In this document: one piece after another, positions 37,494 to 51,871 of the stretch | Position numbering within the stretch: the stretch's first letter is position 1 | Layout of the letters: the number at the start of each line of letters is the position of its first letter | DNA from: an uncultured Gemmatimonadales bacterium | GTDB taxonomy: Bacteria; Gemmatimonadota; Gemmatimonadetes; Gemmatimonadales; GWC2-71-9 | Reading direction: 5' to 3' | Length of the DNA stretch: 64,000 nt | Assembly: GCA_963739455.1 (NCBI GenBank) | Contig: CAVUAK010000003.1 | Location: 447,400 to 511,399 of the forward strand | Made by a program: the position numbers and the translations under genes | Notes under the pieces: generated by a model | Database searches by the model: none | Seen by the model: only the letters and a program-made list of their open reading frames with translations | What the model was told of the DNA's origin: nothing

Positions 37494-38273
37494 ATGACAC
37501 CCACGCGCTCACATGTCTTCGATGTCGACCTGCCCGATGATCCGGGCGGACGCCGTCGGGCACGGTCGGCCATGGCAGTGGCGGTGGTGCTGCACGTGGT
37601 CATCATTGGCCTGGTGCTCTGGGGGGGGGCCGAGCTGTGGGCGCCGACCCCCGCCGTCGGTACGCCGACGATCGCAAGGGGAGGGGGTGGAGGGGGCGGC
37701 GGCGGTGGCACCCGGCCTGCCCTCGTCTATATTTTGCCCCCGGCCGCAAAGGCTCCCGTCCCGGTGCCGGTTCCACCCGTCAAGCCGCCGCCACCCGTCA
37801 CACCACCGCCTGTTCCCCAGGAACGCGCGGTGAACCCGAGTCCCGCCCCTCCCGCCGATACGGTGGTGGCGTCGGCGGGCACCGCGGGCGCCGGGGAGGG
37901 ACCGGGGGCCGGCGGCGGGACTGGCGGCGGCACCGGCGGAGGTCAGGGGACCGGCACGGGGACCGGCGCCGGCCCGGGGGCGGGCGGCGGGGAGGGCGGC
38001 ATCACGCGGCCGCCCGTCTGGAGCGCCGGGGCATTGCCGTTCGGCGAGACTCCCAAGGCCCTCCGTGGTCGCTACATCGACGTCACCTTCTGGGTGGCGA
38101 TCGACGGACGGGTTGAGCGGATCGGCATCGAACCGCCGATCGAGGATGCGAAGTACAGGGACTACTTCAGCGAGGTGATGATGCGGACCTGGCGCTTCCG
38201 TCCTGCGCGCGCTGCCACCGGCGAAGCCGTGCCCGGCACGGTGACCATCGGCTTCAACCTGCCCAGCAAGTGA
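37494..38273 (+). CDS. TonB-like protein with Gly/Pro-rich linker
   Basis: AVVLH TM, Gly and Pro runs, VTFWVAIDGRV...WRFRPA. Confidence 0.7.
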   Translation: MTPTRSHVFDVDLPDDPGGRRRARSAMAVAVVLHVVIIGLVLWGGAELWAPTPAVGTPTIARGGGGGGGGGGTRPALVYILPPAAKAPVPVPVPPVKPPPPVTPPPVPQERAVNPSPAPPADTVVASAGTAGAGEGPGAGGGTGGGTGGGQGTGTGTGAGPGAGGGEGGITRPPVWSAGALPFGETPKALRGRYIDVTFWVAIDGRVERIGIEPPIEDAKYRDYFSEVMMRTWRFRPARAATGEAVPGTVTIGFNLPSK

Positions 38274-38298
38274 CCCCTCCCTCAGGCCGGAGCGACGC

Positions 38299-39795
38299 GT
38301 GAACCAGCTGTTCCGCCGCAAGCCGATCGCGGAGCTCGTTCCGGAGAGCGACAACCTGCACGGCCTCCGGCGCGCGCTCGGTGCCGGTGACCTGATCCTC
38401 CTGTCCATCGGTGCCGTCATCGGCGCCGGCATCTTCTCGTCCATCGGTACGGCAGCGGCGGGCGAGGTGCTCCCCTCGGGCGAGGTGGTGCGCTACGGCG
38501 CCGGCCCCGCGCTCATCGTCTCGTTCGTGCTGCTTGGTGTGGTGTGCGGCCTGTGCGCGCTCTGTTATGCCGAGCTGGCGTCGATGATCCCGCAGGCCGG
38601 CAGTGCCTACGCCTACTCGTATGCCACCCTGGGCGAGTTCATTGCCTGGATCATCGGATGGGACCTGATCCTCGAGTATGCGGTGGGCAACGTGGCGGTC
38701 GCGATTGCCTGGAGCGGATACTTCAACTCACTCCTGACCGGGTTCGGCATTCACCTGCCGGGGTGGCTTACGCACGGATATCGCACCGCCCTCCTCAGTG
38801 CCAATCCCGAAATTCACGCCCTGCTGCAGACGGCCCCGCGCATTGCCGGGGTGCCGATCCTGCTCAACGTCCCGGCCTTCCTGATCGTGGCGTTCGTCAC
38901 CTGCCTGCTGGTGTACGGCGTGAAGGAGAGCATTCGCGCCAACAACATCATGGTGCTGATCAAGCTCCTGGTCCTCGGCCTGTTCGTGGTGGTCGGTGTG
39001 CAGCACATCGACCCGGCCAACTACGTGCCCTTCGCGCCGAACGGCTGGACCGGCATCCACCAGGGTGCGGCCATCGTGTTCTTTGCATACATAGGCTTCG
39101 ACGCCATCTCGACCGCCGCCGAGGAGACGAAGGACCCCCAGAAGAACATGCCGATCGGCATCATCGGTGGTCTCGCGATCTGTACGCTGATCTACGTGAT
39201 CGTGGGATGGGTGGCGACGGGCATCGTGCCGTACCAGGAACTGCGGGCTGCCGATCCCCTGGCCCAGGCGCTCAAGGTGGCGGGACTCACGAGGGTGAGC
39301 TGGATCGTGTCCGCGGGTGCGGTCGTGGCGCTCACCGCGGTGCTCCTCGTGTTTCAGTACGGGCAGCCGCGCATCTTCATGGCGATGGCGCGCGACGGCC
39401 TGCTGCCGCAGTGGGCGGCGAAGATCCACCCGAAGTTCCGGACCCCCGTCACCAGCACGCTGGTCACCGGCTGCATCGTGGGGCTCGGCGCCCTGATCGC
39501 CGACGAGAACGAGATCTACGACCTCACCAACATCGGCACGCTCGCGGCGTTCGCCATTGTCTGCCTTGGGGTGCTGGTGCTGCGTGTCCGCGAACCGGAG
39601 CGCCCGCGTCCGTTCCGGGTCCCGATGGTGGGTGCCGTTTCCCTGCTCGGGGCGGCGGCATGCGTCTATGTCATGAAGGGATTGCCGGTGCACGCATGGG
39701 AGCGGTTCGGGATCTGGCTGGTCATCGGCCTCGTCCTCTACTTCGGCTATGGCAAGCGCCATAGCCGGCTGCGGGATCGAGCAGAACGTCAGTAG
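38299..39795 (+). CDS. APC-family amino acid permease
   Basis: IGAVIGAGIF, CYAELAS, GSAYAYSY, FFAYIGFD, AEETKDP. Confidence 0.93.
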   Translation: MNQLFRRKPIAELVPESDNLHGLRRALGAGDLILLSIGAVIGAGIFSSIGTAAAGEVLPSGEVVRYGAGPALIVSFVLLGVVCGLCALCYAELASMIPQAGSAYAYSYATLGEFIAWIIGWDLILEYAVGNVAVAIAWSGYFNSLLTGFGIHLPGWLTHGYRTALLSANPEIHALLQTAPRIAGVPILLNVPAFLIVAFVTCLLVYGVKESIRANNIMVLIKLLVLGLFVVVGVQHIDPANYVPFAPNGWTGIHQGAAIVFFAYIGFDAISTAAEETKDPQKNMPIGIIGGLAICTLIYVIVGWVATGIVPYQELRAADPLAQALKVAGLTRVSWIVSAGAVVALTAVLLVFQYGQPRIFMAMARDGLLPQWAAKIHPKFRTPVTSTLVTGCIVGLGALIADENEIYDLTNIGTLAAFAIVCLGVLVLRVREPERPRPFRVPMVGAVSLLGAAACVYVMKGLPVHAWERFGIWLVIGLVLYFGYGKRHSRLRDRAERQ

Positions 39796-40310
39796 AAATT
39801 GACCGCCAGCCCGAGCTGGATGACATTGGCGCCAAATCCGTCGAAGCTGCCGAACATCCAGTTGGCATACGGTGTGAGCGCGGTCTTCCGGGCGACAGGG
39901 ATGTCGTATCCCGCACCGAAACTGTACCCGAACCCCGTTTCGGTGTCACTGAGGAAGCCATCGCTGGCCGTCAGCACTGCAAGCCCGAGTCCGCCGCGAA
40001 GGTACAGGCCCTTCGTCGCCGGATAGAAGTACACCGAGCCGGTCAGCGTCCCGAACGAAACCGACCCGCCGTTCTCGCTCTTGAACCATCCCTCGCTCTC
40101 GACGCCAACCAGCAGCTTGTCCGAGGCGGCCCCGCCGATCCTGAAGTTGCCGCTGAAACCGGACTCGCGGTCCATTTCACAGCCGTCGCAGGTCAGGTCG
40201 AGCGATCCCCATCCCAGGCCGAAGCCCACGAAGAGGCCCTTCCGTTCCTGCGCCTTGAGGGGTGCCGTCGCCATGAGCAGGAGCAGGACGAGTGCAGATG
40301 TGGTGCGCAT
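39789..40310 (-). CDS. Small outer-membrane beta-barrel protein
   Basis: Signal peptide, alternating beta-strand pattern, CDGC loop, aromatic C-terminus. Confidence 0.75.
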   Translation of the reverse strand: MRTTSALVLLLLMATAPLKAQERKGLFVGFGLGWGSLDLTCDGCEMDRESGFSGNFRIGGAASDKLLVGVESEGWFKSENGGSVSFGTLTGSVYFYPATKGLYLRGGLGLAVLTASDGFLSDTETGFGYSFGAGYDIPVARKTALTPYANWMFGSFDGFGANVIQLGLAVNFY

Positions 40311-40365
40311 GTGTTCTCCAGGTTGAGGTTCACCCGGAGAGTGGGGCGATGGGGTCAAGGCGGGG

Positions 40366-41277
40366 TCAAGCGATTCGGAACACCCTCCCGCCACGCGCGG
40401 CCAGGTGCAGCGCGCCGTCGAGTGGATCCACCGGCATCTGCTGCGCGCGCACCAACGGTACGTCGCCCAGCCGCGCCAGCACCCGCTCGCGGAGCGGACT
40501 CCCCGGCCCGAGGAGGCTGCCGGCGAGGGCCACTGGCACTGGCCGCGGCTGGGTGATCCGGTCCACCAGGTGCGCGACGAGCTCCGTCAGTTCCTCGGCA
40601 GCGTATGCGGTGATTCCCTCGGCGACAGGATCTCCAGCGGCCGCGGCCGAGAGCACAATCGACGCGAGGGCCGCAACCTCGCCTACTGCGGCCGTCGTGC
40701 TCCAGCGAACAAGGTCGTCCAGTCCTTCGCAGCGCTGCACCCGCAGCAGCTCAGGCGTGAGCGACGTTTCCTCACCGCGGCCATCACGCGCGCGACCCAC
40801 GGCCACGAGCGCGAGGCGTGCAATGGCGTAGCCACTCCCCTCGTCGCTCATCTGCCACCCGTAGCCCCCCTGACGGAACGACTCCCCGGCGGCGTCGCGG
40901 CCAACCGCGATGCTCCCGGTGCCCGCGCTCAGCACGATGCCTGGGCCATCCCCGAACGCGGCCGCCTCGGCCAGCTCGACGTCGGTGACCACCACGACCC
41001 TTTCTGCGACCGCCTCGGCCCGGAGTGCCTGACCCAGCTCTCGTCGCTCCACCTCGCGACCCACGCCGGCCGCTCCGACGACGAGCGTCTCCGCGCGCAG
41101 CACACCGGCATTGGCGAGCACCCGTCGTGCCTGCTCGGCGATCACGCCTGCCGCCGCGAGCGCGCGCCCGGGGCGGACGGCGCCGGCACCACCCAGCGCC
41201 TGCCCAACAGCCTCGCCGTCCTTCCAGGCCACGGCTCGCGTTTTCGAGCCGCCCGCATCCACTCCAACGATGATCAC
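40366..41277 (-). CDS. BadF/BadG/BcrA/BcrD-family N-acetylglucosamine/N-acetylmuramate kinase
   Basis: GVDAGGSKT, GAAG, SAGTGS, GGYGWQMSDEGSG. Confidence 0.88.
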   Translation of the reverse strand: MIIVGVDAGGSKTRAVAWKDGEAVGQALGGAGAVRPGRALAAAGVIAEQARRVLANAGVLRAETLVVGAAGVGREVERRELGQALRAEAVAERVVVVTDVELAEAAAFGDGPGIVLSAGTGSIAVGRDAAGESFRQGGYGWQMSDEGSGYAIARLALVAVGRARDGRGEETSLTPELLRVQRCEGLDDLVRWSTTAAVGEVAALASIVLSAAAAGDPVAEGITAYAAEELTELVAHLVDRITQPRPVPVALAGSLLGPGSPLRERVLARLGDVPLVRAQQMPVDPLDGALHLAARGGRVFRIA

Positions 41278-42768
41278 GAAACGATCTCCGGCGTGCGTGG
41301 TGTGCTGCGCAGCATCATGCTCGTGGCCATGCCGGTGCCCACAGCCAGCAATGTGCCGAGCGGGACGTACCAGGGCCAGGCCAGCCGGCCGACCGGCGCG
41401 AGCCAGGCGAGTCCGTTCAAGGTCGCGAATCGTGAGGCAAACACCACCACCAGCATCACCGTCACGGTCACGGCGACCGCGGCGATCACGTCGCGCGTCT
41501 GTGCCCGTGGCCAGCGCCCCGCGAGTACGTAGGTACCAAGCAGCGCACCGTAGGTGATGGACGCGATCGACAGCGCGAGCACTACAGCCGGGGTATCCGC
41601 CCTGGACGCAGCGGCGTGGAAACCAAGTGCGGCAATCACGAGTCCAATTCCCCAGACAAGGGACACGAACCGGCCGACGCGCAGCAGGTGCACCGGGTCG
41701 CGGCGTCCGGTGATGGATGCGTAGAGGTCGTACGTGACCGACGACGCGAGGGCGCTGATCGCTGAACTGTGACTGCTCATGGCGGCCGCGAGGATTCCGG
41801 CGATGACGAGGCCGGCAATGCCTGCGGGCAGGGAGTGCACGATGAATCCCGCGAAGACCTGGTCGCCCGGCATGGTGTCGGGGGCGAGGCCCACCGACCA
41901 GATCGCGATGCCCACGAGCAGGAAGAGGCCGAACTGGAGTATGACGACAACCCCGGATCCGATCAGGGCCACCTGCGCGTCGCGCAGCGAACGGGTGGCG
42001 AGCAGGCGCTGCACGATCAGTTGATCGGTGCCGTGCGAGGCGGCACTCAGCAGCGCACCACCCACGACGCCGCCCAGGAGGGTGTAGGGAATGGTGAGGG
42101 AAAGGGCGGGGTTGATCACGGTGAGCTTGCCCGCCTCGTTCGCGTGCGCCAGGCACGGGCGCGAGCCCGCCGCCCAGCCTGACGGCGATCCACAGTGCCG
42201 CGATGCCACCGGTCACGTACACCGCCAGCTGCAGGACATCGGCCCAGACCACCGCCTTGAGCCCGCCGAACCAGGTGTAGACGAGGGTCGCAATGCCCAT
42301 CACGATGATCGCGGCGGGGATGCTCCAGCCGGTGATGAGCGCCAGCGGCACCGCGCCGGCAAATACCCGCACGCCGTCGCCCAGGAAGCGGGTCACCAGG
42401 AAGACCACCGAGGTGATGCGACGCGCGTCGGGCCCGAAGCGACGCTCGAGCCGCTGGTACGCGGTCTCCTGCTCGCCGCGGAAATAGCCGGGCAGCAGCC
42501 AGGCGGCCACGCCGACGCGGCCGATGAAGTATCCGAAGGTGAGCTGGAGGAAGGTGAGGTTGCCGCGGGCGCCGATCCCCGGCACGGAGATGACCGTCAG
42601 CGCCGAGGTCTCGGTGGCCACGATGGAGAGCATGACCGCCCAGGCCGGGAGGTCGCGCGCCCCGAGGAAGTAGTCGCCCGCCGACGACTGCCGCCGCGAC
42701 ACCCAGAGCCCGAGGGCGAGGGTGAAGACGAAGTAGACGGCGATGACGGCGAGATCGAGGGGCCTCAT
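41274..42768 (-). CDS. Sodium:solute symporter (frameshift near 42170)
   Basis: DYFLGAR, SIVATETS, GGLKAVVWAD, SHGTDQLIVQRLL, AAAMSS. Confidence 0.88.
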
Positions 42769-42770
42769 TG

Positions 42771-42830
42771 AAAAGGGCTCCCCTGTTCAGGGAGCCCTCT
42801 CACGACCCACGACTCACGACTCACGACTCA
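42771..42830 (-). terminator. Terminator hairpin preceded by a heptamer tandem (CTCACGA)x4 after iscA
   Basis: AGGGCTCCC/GGGAGCCCT stem followed by a T run on the minus strand; repeats start at the iscA stop. Confidence 0.75.
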
Positions 42831-43208
42831 GACCGTAAAGCTGCTCCCGCACCCGCACCCGCCGCTCGCATTCGGGTTGGTGAAGGTGAAGCCCGAGCCC
42901 TGCATCGAGGTCACGTAGTCCACCGTGACACCCGAGAGGTACTGCGCGCTGAAGCCGTCGACGAACACCCGGACGCCATTCACTTCCTGGACCATGTCGT
43001 CTTCCAGCGCGGCTTCCTCGATGTTCAGGCTGTACTTGAACCCGGAGCAGCCACCCGGAAGGACACTGACCCGGAGGCCGGCGGTCTCTTCGGGAACCTG
43101 TTCCGCGGCAATGAACTTCCTTACCTCGGTGACGGCCGCCGGCGTGAGGACAAGCTGGAACCCGCCCGGCGCCTGCGTCGTTTCGGTCTGCTCACTCGTG
43201 CTGCTCAT
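42828..43208 (-). CDS. iscA: Fe-S cluster A-type carrier (IscA/HesB/ErpA)
   Basis: GGCSGFKY, NPNASGGCGCGSSF. Confidence 0.93.
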   Translation of the reverse strand: MSSTSEQTETTQAPGGFQLVLTPAAVTEVRKFIAAEQVPEETAGLRVSVLPGGCSGFKYSLNIEEAALEDDMVQEVNGVRVFVDGFSAQYLSGVTVDYVTSMQGSGFTFTNPNASGGCGCGSSFTV

Positions 43209-43318
43209 CTGTCGCCTCCTGATGCACCGTGGAACTCCCGGCGCCGCAATTTCTTAGGTCCTGCTACTGCATGCAGTCTATGTGCCACGAGACGGCATGT
43301 CAACGCGTGCTGCGCCCA

Positions 43319-45082
43319 CTACCTCGTGGGCGGGAGTGCCGGCACGGTGAGACCCGCGCCAAGGGGAATTCCCGGCGGAACGGGCACCGGCATCCTGCCC
43401 GATATGGCAGCACCCGTGAGTGCGCCGGCGACTGCCCATTCGGTGTTGGGATTGGAAGCCCATCCGAGCAGGTAGGTACCCAGGCCGGGCACCTGCGCCC
43501 CGACATACGGCGACCCGAGGGACACGAATACGGTGGGCAGGCTCCGCGGCGGTGCTGTCGGCGAGGCGAGCCAGCAGCTCGGGCATGCCGATGGTGCCAC
43601 GGCCCGGCGAACGCGCGAACCGCGACGGCGAAGATGGCAATTGGCGCCTTCGCGATCACCGCGCTGCGCCGAGTCGTAGCTCGCCGGGCCCGCTCGACGG
43701 CGAGAGGCGGAAGGTCGTGATGCTGTCGCCACGCATGCGGAGTTCATTCACCAGGGTGCTGCCGGCCGTGGGATTGAGCTCGTCTCCATAGATGATGACG
43801 CTGCGGCTTGCCACGCTGGCGTCGCACGCTGTCGAGCGCGCCGCCCCGGTCGCTGATGAGCACGATGGAGCGCGCAGCGATGGCACGGGCCGTGTCCCGG
43901 AAGGCCTCGGTTCCCGACGTCGCCATGACCTTGTCGAGCGGGACGGTTCGCTGGCGAAAGAGGCCGGCCTTCTCCTTCATCTGGAGTACGCGACGCACCG
44001 ACTGATCGAGCCGCGCCAGGGTGAACCGGCCCTGTCCCAGCGCGGCGCTCATGGCGTCGATGAGCACGGCCGGGTCGGCTGGCTGCAGCAGGATGTCGGC
44101 CCCGGCCAGGAAGGCGAGCACACGCCGCCTCGCCGGCGCCGTAGCCCGACACGATACCGCCCATGTTGAGGGCGTCGGTCACGATGACGCCCTTGAAGCC
44201 CAGCGAATCGCGGAGCACGCCGGTGAGGATGGCGGGCACCAGCGTCGCCGGAGTGGGCGTGCCCGGCTCGAGCACCGGCAGCGACAATGTGCGCAGACAT
44301 GACGGCGGTGACGCCGGCGGCGATGGCGCCCCGGAAGGGCACCAGCTCCAGCGTGTCGAGTCGCGCCCACGGCACGTCGAGCAGCGGGCAGCGCCAGGTG
44401 CGAATCGATCTCGACGTCGCCGTGACCTGGGAAGTGCTTCACCGTGGCGAGCATCCCGTTGTCCTGCAGGCCGCGGACTTCTGCCGACACGAGCCGTGCC
44501 ACCGCCCGCGGATCCGCCCCGAACGAGCGGGTGTTGATGATCGGGTTGGCGGGGTTGCTGTTGATGTCGGCCACCGGCGCGAACGCGAGGTGAATGCCGA
44601 CGGCCCGTCCCTCGAGTGCGGTGATGCGTCCCATCGCGTAGGCGTCCTCCTCCCGTCCCGGTCGCCCCGACGCCCATATTGCTCGGGAACGCGGTGCCGC
44701 CCACCAGTCGCAGGGCGGTGCCGGCCTCGAGGTCGGAGGCGATGAGGAGCGGCATGCGCGCGCGTCGTTGCAGCGTGTTCAGCTTGGCGGCAATGTCGAG
44801 CGGGGATCCGATCGAGATGATCAGTCCGCCGACATGGAGGGAGTCGACCCACGCGGTGATCTTCGCGAACGAGGGGTCGTTGTCGGCGGTGTAGGTGCCG
44901 GGAATCCACGGCATGACGAGTTGCGCGATCTTCTCGCGCGGACTCATGCGCGCCATCAGCTGCTCGACTTGCCCGATGGGCGCGCGCGCGGCTGACTGGG
45001 CCGCGGCAGGGCAGCGGCCGACAAGTGACAGCGCCGCAACCACGATCACGGGCAAGGAGAATCGATGCATCTGCTGCGTCAT
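43319..45082 (-). CDS. GH3 beta-N-acetylhexosaminidase (NagZ-like), exported; multiple frameshifts
   Basis: ASDLEAG, FAPVADIN, IINTRSFG, KHFPGHGD..IDSH, MSAH, VTDALNMG over ORFs 43748-45082, 44179-44634, 44049-44375, 43744-44121, 43319-43747. Confidence 0.88.
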
Positions 45083-46302
45083 GCCTTCGGTCTCTCGCTG
45101 ATTGGGGTACTGGTGACCGCATGCGCCACGGCGCAGGCGCCGCCGGCGCCCATGCCGTGGTGCGCCCGGGCATCGACGTGCTGGTGGAGGACAGCTTGCA
45201 CCTCGTCGCCGGTCGCGCGGTCGGCCTGCTCACCAACCGCAACGGCGTCGACCGTCATGGCGTCGGCGACGTGGAGCGACTTCGGGCTGCCGGGGTGCAC
45301 CTCGTCGCGATCTTCACGCCGGAACACGGCTTTCGCGGCGCCGCCGATCCCGGCGCCGCCGTGCCATCGACACGCGACAGCGCCACCGGGCTACCAATCT
45401 ACAGTCTCTACGGTCGCAACCTGCGCGCCCACGCCGGAGATGCTGGCGGGCGTGCAGGTGCTCCTCGTGGACCTGCCGGATGCCGGCGCGCGCTACTTCA
45501 CCTACATCTCGACGACGATCGAAGTGATGCGGTCGCCGGCCATGGCGGGCATCCCCGTCATCATTCTCGACCGCCCGAACCCGGTCGGCGGCGCGGTGCA
45601 GGGCAACGTGCTCGACAGCGCCGCCCGCTCGTTCGTCGGCAGCCTTTCGGTGCCGATGCGGCACGGCCTGACACTGGGGGAGCTCGCCGTGCTGGCGCAA
45701 CGGCGAGAGCGCGGACTCGCCACCGATCTCCGCGTGGTGCCGGTGTCGGGGTGGCAGCGATCGCAGTACCTCGACGACACCGGTCTCCCGTTCAACCCGC
45801 CGAGCCCCAACCTGCGCGACCTGGAAAGCATCATCAACTATTCCGGGCACCTGCCTGTTCGAGGGTACGAACCTGTCGGCGGGGCGGGGAACCGACGCGG
45901 CCTTCTCCCAGGTGGGCGCACCGTGGCTCAACCCGGCGGCGGTGCTGGCCCGGCTCGGGCCGCAGCCGGGCGTGAGCCTCACCGCCACCACCTTCACTCC
46001 CCGCCAGCCGGGCGACGGGAAGTACGCCGACACCCTCCTGCAGGGCATTCGACTCCGGGTCACGGATCGCGCGACCTACGACCCGCCGGCCACCGCGCTT
46101 CGGCTCCTGGCGGCCATCCGGGCAGTCCACCCTGCCGAGTTCGCGTGGATTCCTGCCCATTTCGACCGTCTCGCGGGTGAGCCAGGGCTCCGCGAGGCCC
46201 TGGATCAGGGGGCTCCGAGTCGACTCGATCCTCGCCGTCTGGGAGCGGCAACGGGCCCAGTTTGAGCCGCGGGCGGCCGGGGTCCGCCTCTACCCGGACT
46301 AG
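45065..46302 (+). CDS. DUF1343 exo-beta-N-acetylmuramidase (NamZ-like) lipoprotein; multiple frameshifts
   Basis: LVTAC lipobox, VGLLTN, FTPEHG, IYSLYG, RYFTYIST, LDRPNP, RHGLTLGELA, PSPN. Confidence 0.85.
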
Positions 46303-46397
46303 GCCCCTTCCCATTTGCCCCTTCCCGTTCCGGCCGTTATCCTTGGCCCCGTGCCGAAGGTGAATAATGACACAGAGATCCGGTCCCTTGTCCCGGA

Positions 46398-47052
46398 GTG
46401 GGAAGGGTGAAGCCGCTTAAGGCGCTCGAGCGGCCTTTTTTCGCCGTATTCCGGCCTCTGGTCGACTGGCTGATCGCGCACCGGGTCCGTCCCAACACCA
46501 TCACCACAGTTGGCACCGCGCTCGTCATCGCCTCGGCGGTCTTCTTCGGGGCGGGCCATGTGCGGATGGGTGGACTCTTCTACCTGCTGAGCGGCATCGT
46601 CGACACGATTGACGGCCAGGTGGCGCGGAACGGTGCCATGGTCACCCGGTTCGGGGCGTTCTACGACTCGACACTCGACCGGATCGGTGATGGCGCCATC
46701 TTCGCGGGGGTCGGCATCTACCTGATGCTCGCGCCCGACGTGGCGTACCGCGAACTCAGCGTCATCGTCTGCATGGTCGGCATCATCGCGTCGCTCGTCG
46801 TGTCGTACGCGCGCGCGCGCGCCGAGGGACTGGGCCTGGACTGCAAGGTCGGCATCGCGCAGCGGGCCGAGCGCATCCTGCTCCTGGGCATACCGCCGTT
46901 CGCTCTTCGGGGCGGGTCCGGGCGGCATCTACCTGCAAGTCATCGTCGTCCTGCTGACCGTGCTGGGGCTCATCACCGTTGTGCAGCGCATCGTGCATGT
47001 GCACGGCGCGGCCAACGCCGCGGATCTGGCAGGGCTGCAGGACCGGGAGTAA
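46398..47052 (+). CDS. CDP-alcohol phosphatidyltransferase, phosphatidylinositol-phosphate synthase-like (frameshift near 46900)
   Basis: PNTIT, DTIDGQVAR...GAFYDSTLDR, VSYARARAEGLG, RAER; next to ino1. Confidence 0.85.
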
Positions 47053-47086
47053 TCCGGTCCGTCACACCAGCGGAAAGGAAGCACGC

Positions 47087-48419
<1,333 letters not shown>

Positions 48420-48440
48420 GCACGCCGGTACGGCAGCGCC

Positions 48441-48734
48441 ATGAAGTACTTCCATCGGACGCATCAGGCGCCGGCGCGCCGTGCTGGCCCGGGCAGCCGA
48501 GTTCTTCGGCGCCCGGCTCACCCCACCGAGGAGACGCCGCGCCGCCGCCGTTTCGGCGGCACCTCGGCCAGCTCTCGGCATCACGGCGGCGCGCCGAGGG
48601 CGGCCACTACACCCTCGTGACCGTCGAGACCGACCAGCCGGGGGAGAGTGAAGCTGGACGAGCTGGCCAAGCGGTTCCTGACCGTGGTGCACACGATGGC
48701 CGAGCCCGCGCACGAGGCGCGCGGCGCCTACTAG
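48441..48734 (+). CDS. Small hypothetical protein (frameshifted)
   Basis: MKYFHRTH...EGGHYTLVTVETDQPGESE...KRFLTVVH...GAY*, coding-like triplet pattern. Confidence 0.5.
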
Positions 48735-48772
48735 TCCGACCTTCCGTTGATCTACCCAGGAGAATACGCCCG

Positions 48773-51247
<2,475 letters not shown>

Positions 51248-51868
51248 ATGCGCCTGCTCCCGCGGGACGAGCAGTTCTTCGAGCTCTTCATCCAGATCGC
51301 GCAGCGCGGCGTCGATGCCGCGCGGCAGCTCGGTGAACTGCTCGGCTCCGACGGGGATCGCCGGGCCTACCTGATCGAGTCGATCAGCCGGCTCGAGCTC
51401 GAGGCGGACCAGTTGACGCACGACGTCACGGTCCGCCTCGATCGTTCGTTCATTACCCCGCTCGATCGCGAGGACATTCACTTCCTCGCGTCGAGCCTGG
51501 ACAATGTCATCGACCGCATCGATGGCATTGCCCGCCGCACCAAGATCTTCCGGGTCGGGACCTCACCCCGGGGCGCGGTGCTGCTGGCCGAGGTGATCCA
51601 CCGTGCCGCGCTGCAGCTGCTGGCCGCGGTGGCCGAGCTGGGCGGCAAGAAGCAGGACGCGATCCTGGCCGCCTGCCGGGAAGTGCGCCGGCTCGAGGAA
51701 GAGGGCGATGCCCTGTATCACGAGTGGCTCGGCTTCCTGTTCGAGCACGCCGGCGACCCGCTCGAGGTGATCAAGTGGAAGGAAATCTACGACAAGCTCG
51801 AGAACACCCTCGACAGCGCGGAGGACGTCAGCAATACGCTCGAGTCGGTCGCCATCAAGCACGGCTGA
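51248..51868 (+). CDS. DUF47 / PhoU-like phosphate transport regulator
   Basis: LELEAD, FITPLDREDI, LEEEGD, IKWKEIY. Confidence 0.9.
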   Translation: MRLLPRDEQFFELFIQIAQRGVDAARQLGELLGSDGDRRAYLIESISRLELEADQLTHDVTVRLDRSFITPLDREDIHFLASSLDNVIDRIDGIARRTKIFRVGTSPRGAVLLAEVIHRAALQLLAAVAELGGKKQDAILAACREVRRLEEEGDALYHEWLGFLFEHAGDPLEVIKWKEIYDKLENTLDSAEDVSNTLESVAIKHG

Positions 51869-51871
51869 GCC

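Noticed and set aside
40366..42768. Apparent 800-aa symporter-kinase fusion in the ORF track
   Set aside because: A frameshift near 42170 moves the symporter into another frame; the true symporter C-terminus (41274-42209) has its own stop overlapping the kinase GTG.
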